From assembly GCA_016715985.1 (NCBI GenBank), contig JADJXD010000005.1, positions 13,299 to 77,298 on the forward strand: a stretch of DNA of 64,000 bases, read 5' to 3'. The notes below the pieces were generated by a model that had not been told where the DNA came from, searched no databases, and was given only the letters and a program-made list of their open reading frames with translations. Position 1 is the first letter of the stretch; the number at the start of each line of letters is the position of its first letter. Below are positions 38,055 through 45,189 of the stretch, piece by piece. The DNA is from Saprospiraceae bacterium (GTDB lineage: Bacteria > Bacteroidota > Bacteroidia > Chitinophagales > Saprospiraceae). The position numbers and the translations under genes were made by a program.

Positions 38055-38956
38055 AAGAGGTCTGCACTTTCTTTAGTTCGGAAGCTTTGAGGAAAATTGT
38101 TTTCGTTGTTATTGGCTACTATTCCCCCAAATGGCGGATTTGCCAATATTACATTTACACGGTGCTTCTCAGTAAAGTTGCTCAAAGGTTGGTCTAAAGC
38201 ATCACCAAATCGAATATTCGGCACTTCAATATCGTGCAAAATCAAATTGGTAGTTGCCAACAAATAGGGAAGTGGTTTATACTCCCAACCAATAATATTT
38301 TCTTCAATGGATTTTCTTTCTTTAACTGAATTAGCTTGCTTCTTCAAGTGTTCAATGGCACAAGTCAAGTAGCCACCCGTGCCGCAGGCAGGGTCCAATA
38401 TTTTCTCGCCAATTTGGGGGTTGATAATATCGGTAATGAATTGTGTAATGGCTCGTGGCGTGTAGAACTCTCCACTTTTACCTGCACTTTGCAATTCTTT
38501 TAATATATTTTCGTAAAGCTCACCAAAAGAATGGCGGTCTTTGGCAACATTAAAATCTAGCTCATTTAACTTGTTCAATACCTTTCGGATATTGATTCCG
38601 CTTTTCATATAGTTGTGATTGCCCTCAAAAACCTCACGAACAATTAAAGCCCTTCGGTTTCCCGTGCTTACATCCACATTTCTCAATGCAGGAAACAGTT
38701 CTCGGTCAACGAACTCTAACAATTCATCACCTGTCATTCCTTCATCATCACCTGCCCAAGCATCCCAATGAAATTTTGAAGGAATCGGAGATTTGTATTT
38801 GTCATCTAAGATTTCAAGTTCCTTGTCTTTGTCTGAAAATATTTTTAAAAATAGCATCCACCCCAATTGTTCAATGCGTTGTGCATCACCGTTCAATCCG
38901 GTGTCCTGCCACATTATTTTTCTTATGCTATCTATTATGCCTGATATATTTCCCAT
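38051..38956 (-). CDS. hsdM: Type I R-M methyltransferase HsdM, N-terminal fragment
   Basis: GEFYTPR, DPACGTGGYL and NPPFGG motifs. Confidence 0.9.
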   Translation of the reverse strand: MGNISGIIDSIRKIMWQDTGLNGDAQRIEQLGWMLFLKIFSDKDKELEILDDKYKSPIPSKFHWDAWAGDDEGMTGDELLEFVDRELFPALRNVDVSTGNRRALIVREVFEGNHNYMKSGINIRKVLNKLNELDFNVAKDRHSFGELYENILKELQSAGKSGEFYTPRAITQFITDIINPQIGEKILDPACGTGGYLTCAIEHLKKQANSVKERKSIEENIIGWEYKPLPYLLATTNLILHDIEVPNIRFGDALDQPLSNFTEKHRVNVILANPPFGGIVANNNENNFPQSFRTKESADLF

Positions 38957-38963
38957 TTATCTG

Positions 38964-39329
38964 TTACGCTATTTTATACAGTTCTTTTTCTAATTCTTTC
39001 ACGGCTTCAAGGTATTTTTCCTTGCTGCCAAACTCATTGATAATTTCGATCGGTGAACCGAAATCAGTAAGCGGCTTTACTTTTAAAACTTCAATGCTTT
39101 CAATGTTTGTAATGCCTTCGTCTGCATACTTGTCAAGTAGGGTTTCTAAAACTTTTACACCGGGAAAGCATTTCTTAACCCGTTGGATGTGGTTGTATCT
39201 GTCCTCGGGTTCCCCGCAAATTAAAACTCTGTCAATTTGTGGATGTCCTTTTACTTCACATGGGATGCACTCGGTTTTATGGCATCCGAAAGCGGAGAGG
39301 ATTAAAAAACAAATCAATAGCTTTTTCAT
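38964..39329 (-). CDS. chimeric ORF: lipoprotein-like signal peptide fused to an HsdR C-terminal-domain remnant
   Basis: N-terminus MKKLLICFLILSAFGC. The C-terminus VLETLLDKYADEGI..IE..VLKVKP...FGSP.EII.EFGSKEKYLEAVKELEKELY resembles the EcoEI-type HsdR C-terminal domain. No helicase or nuclease part is present. Confidence 0.5.
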   Translation of the reverse strand: MKKLLICFLILSAFGCHKTECIPCEVKGHPQIDRVLICGEPEDRYNHIQRVKKCFPGVKVLETLLDKYADEGITNIESIEVLKVKPLTDFGSPIEIINEFGSKEKYLEAVKELEKELYKIA

Positions 39330-39339
39330 GTTTTACTTT

Positions 39340-39669
39340 TTAAAAAGGCATTTCATCATCATGGGTTACTTTGATTGGTTGCATTTGGTTTTGACCTTGT
39401 GTTTTTTTGTAGTTCGGATCAGGAACAAAATCATCCACCTTTACCGAGTGGGTTCTGTATTCCGTTTGGTTTTCCGGTTTAAGTGGAAAAATTACAAGGT
39501 CAATGCTTTTGTGTTCGTTTCCGTTTTTGTCCTTCCATGTTTTGATCTTGTCCTTTGCCTGTCCTTTGGTAAACTCCCAAAGAGCTGTTAAGTCAATTTG
39601 CAATTTGATTCCGTTGTTTCCAATTGTTCGGCCATTGCCGACATACATTTCTTTTTTTTCAGTACTCAT
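39340..39669 (-). CDS. single-stranded DNA-binding protein candidate
   Basis: 109 aa ending in the acidic tip HDDEMPF (SSB consensus DDD.PF). Adjacent to the replication module. Confidence 0.5.
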   Translation of the reverse strand: MSTEKKEMYVGNGRTIGNNGIKLQIDLTALWEFTKGQAKDKIKTWKDKNGNEHKSIDLVIFPLKPENQTEYRTHSVKVDDFVPDPNYKKTQGQNQMQPIKVTHDDEMPF

Positions 39670-39670
39670 T

Positions 39671-39793
39671 TTATTGAATTAGTTTAGTGATTGCGTTTGT
39701 TACCATAATTGAAAATCCAATTACCACGATGTACAAAATGATCCCTTGAATTTTTCCGGGTTGTGAATCGTCGTGTTCGTATCTATTTTTCAT
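39671..39793 (-). CDS. 40-aa single-TM peptide (not in the ORF track)
   Basis: ATG at 39793 and stop 1 nt before the SSB ATG. Hydrophobic core IILYIVVIGFSIMV. Confidence 0.3.
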   Translation of the reverse strand: MKNRYEHDDSQPGKIQGIILYIVVIGFSIMVTNAITKLIQ

Positions 39794-39872
39794 TGCTTTT
39801 AAAATTGTGGGGCAGCCTCAAACCGCCCCGAAGTTTTGGTTATTAATTTGCTTTTGCCATTTTTTACTTTTC

Positions 39873-39908
39873 AAAAACCAGCCGGGCAAATGAATAAATC
39901 CCGGCTGG
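39873..39908 (-). terminator. rho-independent terminator downstream of the tRNA
   Basis: Minus strand: CCAGCCGGG-N13-CCCGGCUGG (9-bp stem) followed by U5. Confidence 0.7.
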
Positions 39909-39935
39909 AACTCATCAAAATTCAAAACAAATGTG

Positions 39936-40008
39936 TGGCAGGGGCAGGACTCGAACCTGCGCACATCCGGTTATGAGCCGGACAATCTACCAACTGATAT
40001 ACCCTGCT
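39936..40008 (-). tRNA. tRNA with CAU anticodon (Met, or Ile2 if lysidine-modified)
   Basis: The cloverleaf folds by hand. It has U8, A14, G18G19, A21, an anticodon stem UCCGG/CCGGA with loop CUCAUAA, and a T arm GCAGG-UUCGAGU-CCUGC. There is an A1.C72 mismatch and no encoded CCA. Confidence 0.8.
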
Positions 40009-40067
40009 ATAAAACTCCCTACTTTAAGGGAGTGAAACACTTACTAAAACCTGAGCTTATGCATATA

Positions 40068-40096
40068 CAAATATAATTTAATTTTTCTAATTTGTT
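40068..40096 (-). promoter_or_regulatory. promoter candidate driving the tRNA
   Basis: Minus strand: AACAAATTAGAAAAATTAAATTATATTTG, with the -7 box about 60 nt upstream of the tRNA 5' end. Confidence 0.45.
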
Positions 40097-40110
40097 TCTG
40101 CCAAAAAGTG

Positions 40111-40326
40111 TTAAATGCTGCACTTTTTTTCAACACATTCAATCTTTATGCTTCCTATCCGCTTGGCCATTAAGTTGATCCCGGCCTTGATATACATCTT
40201 GGTTTCAGGACTCATTTCCCTTTCGACTTCAATTTCTAAACAAAGTTCCTTTCTTAGTTCTTCTATTTGATTTTCCATTTGGTTCAATTTATTTGCTTGT
40301 TTATTCTTGTTTTTGCTTGCATTCAA
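40111..40326 (-). CDS. small coiled-coil protein, unknown function
   Basis: 71-aa ORF flanked by a 14-bp direct repeat (40045-40058 and 40331-40344). Confidence 0.4.
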   Translation of the reverse strand: MNASKNKNKQANKLNQMENQIEELRKELCLEIEVEREMSPETKMYIKAGINLMAKRIGSIKIECVEKKCSI

Positions 40327-40397
40327 CTTTTAAAACCTGAGCTTTCCCATCGTTATGGGAGTAATTCAGGTAATTCTGATGTAAGGCTTAAAATACC

Positions 40398-41213
40398 CTA
40401 CACATACGTGTTTCTTTTGCTCTTTCCATAAATTTCAACAACGTGGAACATTTCTTTGAATCGGTCAATACTCCGGCCATCCATGTATGAAAACAGGGTC
40501 AATGGTTTAGATTCATCATCCAGCACAATGTTTGAACTTATGAACGTGAACAACCCTTTTGATTTCCATAGTTCGTATCGGTTTTGGATGATCTCATTCA
40601 TTGAGTATTTATAGTCTCCATAATGCGAGACTTGGTTTATCTTCTCGGTCATGTCATCCAAAAACAAATGACTTTCATTGGCATAAGTTAGGTCAACTTC
40701 GTGGCCGTTGATCTTCTTTGAAATGTCCCTTGTCATGGATGACCACAGGACTATGCCGGGGTTTTTGATAACGTTAAACGAAATGTGCGCTGATTGAATC
40801 GCTGCCCGTAAAAGCGTTGTTTTACCTATTCCGGGGCTTGACCAAAAATAAAGGCCGCCTTTGCCATTTAATGTTTCGTTGGGTAGGTCAAAAATGAAGT
40901 CGATAATTAGTTTACAAGCATCCGCATAGGATTGATCCTGTTTGATTTGCTCGGCTATCTCTGCCCCTGATTTCCCGATAACCGAAACTAAGTACTTCCA
41001 AAAAACTTGTTTTGCCTCGCTTTCCATGTACATTTTTTTGACTGGATGATCCGGCATTGAATTTACCTTTTCCCAATATTCTTTGGATTTTTCGGTTACC
41101 GGAAGCGGTGCGAATTGCTCCTCGGTGCGCTTTCTCCACTTAGCATTGTAGGCATCAATTTGAGCCTGGGTTACTTGGGCGGAGACTTGTACGGTCGTTT
41201 GGTCGGTTGTCAT
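40398..41213 (-). CDS. AAA+ ATPase, DnaC/IstB-like helicase loader candidate
   Basis: Walker A SSPGIGKTT and Walker B HLFLDDMTE. Overlaps the upstream replication-associated ORF. Confidence 0.55.
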   Translation of the reverse strand: MTTDQTTVQVSAQVTQAQIDAYNAKWRKRTEEQFAPLPVTEKSKEYWEKVNSMPDHPVKKMYMESEAKQVFWKYLVSVIGKSGAEIAEQIKQDQSYADACKLIIDFIFDLPNETLNGKGGLYFWSSPGIGKTTLLRAAIQSAHISFNVIKNPGIVLWSSMTRDISKKINGHEVDLTYANESHLFLDDMTEKINQVSHYGDYKYSMNEIIQNRYELWKSKGLFTFISSNIVLDDESKPLTLFSYMDGRSIDRFKEMFHVVEIYGKSKRNTYV

Positions 41214-41464
41214 GCCTGTGCTGTTTTTGGGATCATTCCTAATCTTTCCATTCCTTTGCGGTTATGTTCGTCTGCGATATCCAAGACCCCGGAGTTAATT
41301 CGTAAGTGGTCTTGGCTGGTTCCGTTTTGGAACTTGCCTGTTTTTTTGTCGGTAAGGTTTCGCATAATCCAGCCACGTGCTGATGCTTTCCAATCCTTCA
41401 TTTTGTTTTTGCCGACTTTCCATCCGTTGGATTCGTAGAAAGCGAAAAATCTTCCAGCTTCCAT
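41210..41464 (-). CDS. C-terminal part of a replisome-organiser/DnaD-like protein
   Basis: The motif FYESNGWKVGKNKMKDWKASARGW is common at the C-terminus of phage replication organisers. The frame stays open upstream to about 41550 (..KPTENETIKFFKNQNSTE) with no ATG. Confidence 0.45.
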   Translation of the reverse strand: MEAGRFFAFYESNGWKVGKNKMKDWKASARGWIMRNLTDKKTGKFQNGTSQDHLRINSGVLDIADEHNRKGMERLGMIPKTAQA

Positions 41465-41570
41465 TTCGGTCGAGTTTTGATTTTTGAAAAATTTAATGGT
41501 TTCGTTTTCCGTTGGTTTTTGAAAATTTTTTCCTCTCTTAATTCTTTTATCATTTTCATATTCAATTACA

Positions 41571-41596
41571 TTTTCTTATCTTTTCTTATCCTTATC
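41571..41596. repeat. short tandem repeat TTTTCTTATC x2.6 (iteron-like)
   Basis: Read directly from the sequence. Lies in the ORF-poor 41465-42213 region next to the replication genes. Confidence 0.5.
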
Positions 41597-42173
41597 TTAG
41601 TGTTTGCTCCATCTTCTTTTTGAGTGTTTGTTTGAGCCAAATTGTTATAAATGTTGTTTATTTTATAGCATTTTTCAAGCCTTTTTTCGTTTTCGCCTAA
41701 ATTTTCAAAATTACAATGCACTTATCATTCTTTTGCAAAAGTTCATCCGCATGGAATGCAAATAACACCCTCGGCAAAAACCAATTTCGATGATTCTAGG
41801 GTAAACATCCACTGGCATATTCTTGCACTTTAAATTAAAATTTTAATTGGTTGCCTTTTGTGGTCATTTGCTTTACAAATTGAGGTAAACATGACCTGGT
41901 TTATGCCTCAAAATTAAGTCTGATTGCATTTAGCTATTGCGAACATTCAAGCAATTTTTTCGTTTGGCATGTCAAAAAATCCTTCGGCCAAATTTCGGCG
42001 TATGGATAAACCTCTTAGCCATTGTTAATAAAAAAAGCCACCCACAAGGACATCGAGGAAGCCTGCAAAACAGAGGCATCATGCGGCCTTTTGTTTCCGA
42101 TTGAATGGCCTCAGAATGGCTTTATTTAAAAAATTCGTTTGTTCTATTATCACAGTGATGTATTTTGGCACTA

Positions 42174-42203
42174 CAAATATATATTTATTTCTAATATATT
42201 CAC
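42174..42203 (-). promoter_or_regulatory. promoter candidate firing into the ORF-poor region
   Basis: Minus strand: GTGAATATATTAGAAATAAATATATATTTG, with a TAnnTTTG -7 box. Confidence 0.45.
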
Positions 42204-42213
42204 CTTTTATGTT

Positions 42214-42450
42214 TTAAAAAGTTTTTAACATTTTTTTTCGACTATTTTCGAGCCTTGCCCGGCCTCTGGACAGCACCCAGTCTGACATCTTTATGCACTT
42301 TGTGGGGCAGTATTTCTTCCGGCCTTTGGGATGATCTGAGCGCAAACCGAATTGATCTGCATACTTTTTAAAGGTGTTTATTGACACCCCCACCAAGTTG
42401 GATGCATCGGCCAATGTCAAAGGTTCGGTTAATAGTTTTGCAAGGGTCAT
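42214..42450 (-). CDS. small HTH-like DNA-binding protein
   Basis: 78 aa. The segment LTLADASNLVGVSINTFKKYADQFGL resembles a helix-turn-helix. Confidence 0.4.
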   Translation of the reverse strand: MTLAKLLTEPLTLADASNLVGVSINTFKKYADQFGLRSDHPKGRKKYCPTKCIKMSDWVLSRGRARLENSRKKMLKTF

Positions 42451-42875
42451 TTAGCTTTTATTATTCTGAGTTCTGCGCCCGGATCAATTTCGTTAATAAG
42501 TGCGGTTAATAGCTTCCATTTTATTTGCCATAACGGCAATTCTAAGCCCTTGACTTCGATATAAATTCGCTGTCCGTGTTTGTCGGTTGCGATAAAATCA
42601 ATGTAGTAATTGGCAATAAATACGCCATTGACCCTCAAAGGAATTTTAACTTGCCTTTCCCATTTTAATATATCTCCTGACTTAATTTGCCAGTCTAAAT
42701 CTTGAGCGACTTTTGCTTCAAGTTTGGAATCGTATTTCTTCTCTCCATATTCAGTTGAAACATTTTTATACTTCGATTTTGTTCTAAATGCTTTTAATCC
42801 CATTTGTCTATAAGATGATGCCGGAACCTTTGTAGCTCCTTCAATTGGTTTTAGCTTTGGGTCTGGTTTAAACAT
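42447..42875 (-). CDS. DUF1064-like PD-(D/E)XK nuclease (phage resolvase-like)
   Basis: YDSKLEAKVAQDL...YYIDFIATDKHGQRIYIEVKG matches the DUF1064 pattern (YDSK.E, D..EVKG). Confidence 0.55.
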   Translation of the reverse strand: MFKPDPKLKPIEGATKVPASSYRQMGLKAFRTKSKYKNVSTEYGEKKYDSKLEAKVAQDLDWQIKSGDILKWERQVKIPLRVNGVFIANYYIDFIATDKHGQRIYIEVKGLELPLWQIKWKLLTALINEIDPGAELRIIKAK

Positions 42876-43011
42876 TCGTTATTGTTTTATAAAATATTGC
42901 GTATGTTTTTATCGCTAATTAAATCCATTTGGTGGGATAAACGATAGTTTGTAGCGTGTATAAATGAGTTATAGGCAATAGGGCAGACGTTCTTCGTTTC
43001 AACATTTGTGG

Positions 43012-43031
43012 AAGAAAAAAAAGAAAAAAAG
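43012..43031. repeat. left arm of a 20-bp perfect inverted repeat (AAGA8GA7G) flanking the methyltransferase gene
   Basis: Reverse complement of 43903-43922. A further inverted pair lies at 42968-42983 and 43953-43968 (15/16 matches). Confidence 0.7.
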
Positions 43032-43043
43032 CCCACCGCACTT

Positions 43044-43898
43044 TTAAAATAATTCATTTTTATTCTGTTTACTTACCCAAATATCATTTAGCCTTTTTAC
43101 TGCTATATCATAAATCGGTTTATCTTTTTCAATTCCTATGCAATATCTATCAGTATTTATACAAGCTGCCGCAGTTGTTCCGCTTCCTATGCAATTATCT
43201 AATACCAATTCGCCCTTATTGGTATAAGTTTTTATTAGAGTTTCTATTAATAATATTGGTTTTTGTGTTGGATGTCCTAAATACTCTCTTGATATTGGTC
43301 TAATGGAATTGCATTTAATTACAGAAGATGGATTTTTTTCATCAGGAGAATACCTTTGTGCTTCAATATCTTTATAAGCAACGGATTGTTGATTCCCCGA
43401 CATTGTATTAGAAACATTAAACTTGCCACCATTTTTTATCATACTACTTACTGTTTTATCTGTTCTTGGTATCATTTGTTTATTATATGTTGGCTGTGAT
43501 TTATAAAAAACGATAATGTTTTCGTGATACTTCATTGGTCTTTTATTTGATTGCCCCATTCCTGTCGGGTTTGATTTCTCCCATATTAATTCGTACTTAA
43601 ACAAATTGATGTTACTCATAATTAAAGCACTTGTAAAAGGCTGTGAACCAAATAAAACTATTGCGCCATTTTGTTTAATTAACTTGTCGTATCGTTCCCA
43701 TAGTTTCTCAAAAGGAATTATAGTGTCCCATTTACAAGCGGTAGTCCCGTATGGTAAATCGCAAAGTATCATATCTACTTTTGTATTATCTTCAATCATC
43801 AAGTCCATTACTTCTAAGCAATCACCGTGATATAGTTGCAACTTTTCGCCACAGTAAACTGAATAGTCCAACCAAGTTTTATTATTAAAATTTTCCAT
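43044..43898 (-). CDS. DNA methyltransferase (beta-class N6-adenine / N4-cytosine)
   Basis: Motif IV CDLPYG near the N-terminus and motif I LDNCIGSGTT near the C-terminus. Confidence 0.8.
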   Translation of the reverse strand: MENFNNKTWLDYSVYCGEKLQLYHGDCLEVMDLMIEDNTKVDMILCDLPYGTTACKWDTIIPFEKLWERYDKLIKQNGAIVLFGSQPFTSALIMSNINLFKYELIWEKSNPTGMGQSNKRPMKYHENIIVFYKSQPTYNKQMIPRTDKTVSSMIKNGGKFNVSNTMSGNQQSVAYKDIEAQRYSPDEKNPSSVIKCNSIRPISREYLGHPTQKPILLIETLIKTYTNKGELVLDNCIGSGTTAAACINTDRYCIGIEKDKPIYDIAVKRLNDIWVSKQNKNELF

Positions 43899-43902
43899 CC
43901 CT

Positions 43903-43922
43903 CTTTTTTTCTTTTTTTTCTT
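43903..43922. repeat. right arm of the 20-bp perfect inverted repeat (CT7CT8CTT)
   Basis: Reverse complement of 43012-43031. On the mRNA it forms the A-rich leader directly before the ATG. Confidence 0.7.
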
Positions 43923-43950
43923 TAGTGCTTCGATTAAACATTCTGCTAAA
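43921..43950 (-). promoter_or_regulatory. conserved upstream box TTTAGCAGAATGTTTAATCGAAGCACTAAAG
   Basis: The same box, with one mismatch, occurs at 44749-44779 upstream of the second methyltransferase. Partial copies lie at 42992-43010, 44080-44097 and 45587-45600. Confidence 0.5.
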
Positions 43951-44068
43951 AATCCCTACTGCCTATAACAGCGGTTTTGTGCTATTTGCCCCATCAACAT
44001 TTGTGGTAAATTGAAGCCTTGTGCAAGGGGCAAACAGACACAAAGCCGCAAAACGTTAGCTGCAAGCA

Positions 44069-44734
44069 CTACTGACCTGCTTCGATTAAACATTGTGAAT
44101 GAAAAGTTTTTAAAATTTCCCCAGCCCGCTTTTGTTTTTTCAAAACAATAAAGTATGAATGAAACTTCCTTGCGTGGTGTTGGTTGCTGTGGTTGTGTCC
44201 AATTATCCTGTTTTTAGCAAGCAAGATGAAAAGGTCTTTGTTGTAAAAACCAATCCTTTCAGCCTCATTCATAATGTATATATGTGAAAACCATTGTTTT
44301 CCACTACTTACAGTATCTTGGCATTTAATTATCAGCGTTCCATTTGGCTCAAGTATTCTATAAAACTCTTCCAAACATTCTGAATACCATTTCCAAAGGT
44401 CTTGTATATACCTAAATCCGTGAAACCTTTCGCCAATAATGCCAGAAGGCTTTTGTTTTGTATGTCCTACCACGAATGGCGGGTCAAACATTATTGATGA
44501 AATGCTATTGTCCAAGTGTGGTAAATCATTTGCGTTTGCCTGTAAAGTATCGTCTGTTTGCGGAAACAAATCAAACTTTTCTAAAGGCTCATCAATGCCA
44601 GCTTTGTTGTAAAAATTACCCTTAGAATATGTCGGGTCTAATTCAATGCCTTGTGGGCAATGAAGTTTTACTATGTCACGTATAATTTCGTGTTGGTCAT
44701 AGTTTATTGTTGATATTACTTTTCCTTCGCTCAT
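44069..44734 (-). CDS. DNA methyltransferase (DPPF motif)
   Basis: The SIMFDPPF catalytic motif and ELDPTYSKG. 221 aa. Confidence 0.65.
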   Translation of the reverse strand: MSEGKVISTINYDQHEIIRDIVKLHCPQGIELDPTYSKGNFYNKAGIDEPLEKFDLFPQTDDTLQANANDLPHLDNSISSIMFDPPFVVGHTKQKPSGIIGERFHGFRYIQDLWKWYSECLEEFYRILEPNGTLIIKCQDTVSSGKQWFSHIYIMNEAERIGFYNKDLFILLAKNRIIGHNHSNQHHARKFHSYFIVLKKQKRAGEILKTFHSQCLIEAGQ

Positions 44735-44748
44735 TTTAAAAACTTTTC

Positions 44749-44779
44749 TTTAGTGCTTCGATTCAACATTCTGCTAAAT
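44749..44779 (-). promoter_or_regulatory. second copy of the conserved upstream box
   Basis: Minus strand: TTTAGCAGAATGTTGAATCGAAGCACTAAAG, 14 nt before the ATG at 44734. Confidence 0.5.
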
Positions 44780-44865
44780 TTACCGTGCCAGCAGCTAACA
44801 CGGGCTAAAACGGCATTAAAACGACCGTTTAGCCCCATCCGTTATATGCTATGCTGTGCGACACC

Positions 44866-45189
44866 CTAAAATGGCAAGTCATCAGACATAGGATTTTTTG
44901 GTTTAAAATACATTCTTACTTTGTATGGAAATTGATACCTTACATAACGCCAAAAAACATTACGACACCAGTATATTCTCCATATAAGCCATATTTGACA
45001 TTTAGCGTACCATTTATACTCAAATTCTGATATTTTACAGCAGAATATACTACTTGATAAACTACCTTCAATTACTTTTACCTCAAAAGCATTTTTATAC
45101 ATAAAGAAAACAGGATTTAAAACGACATCCCATTTCATTAATTTGTGTTTTGCTTTTATTCTTATTGGTAATCTTAAACTACTTTTCAT
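44866..45189 (-). CDS. hypothetical aromatic/basic-rich protein ending in an SSB-tip-like SDDLPF
   Basis: 107-aa ORF and the only long ORF in this interval. The C-terminus reads PKNPMSDDLPF*. Confidence 0.35.
   Translation of the reverse strand: MKSSLRLPIRIKAKHKLMKWDVVLNPVFFMYKNAFEVKVIEGSLSSSIFCCKISEFEYKWYAKCQIWLIWRIYWCRNVFWRYVRYQFPYKVRMYFKPKNPMSDDLPF

Noticed and set aside
38686-39591. The 301-aa plus-strand ORF.
   Set aside because: It is antisense to the well-supported hsdM N-terminus, the HsdR remnant and the SSB gene. Its translation is low-complexity and hydrophobic, so it is a shadow ORF.
39936-40008. The tRNA as a prophage integration site (attB/attP).
   Set aside because: Phage replication genes lie on both sides. 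The tRNA has its own promoter and terminator, and there is no adjacent integrase or partial tRNA duplicate.
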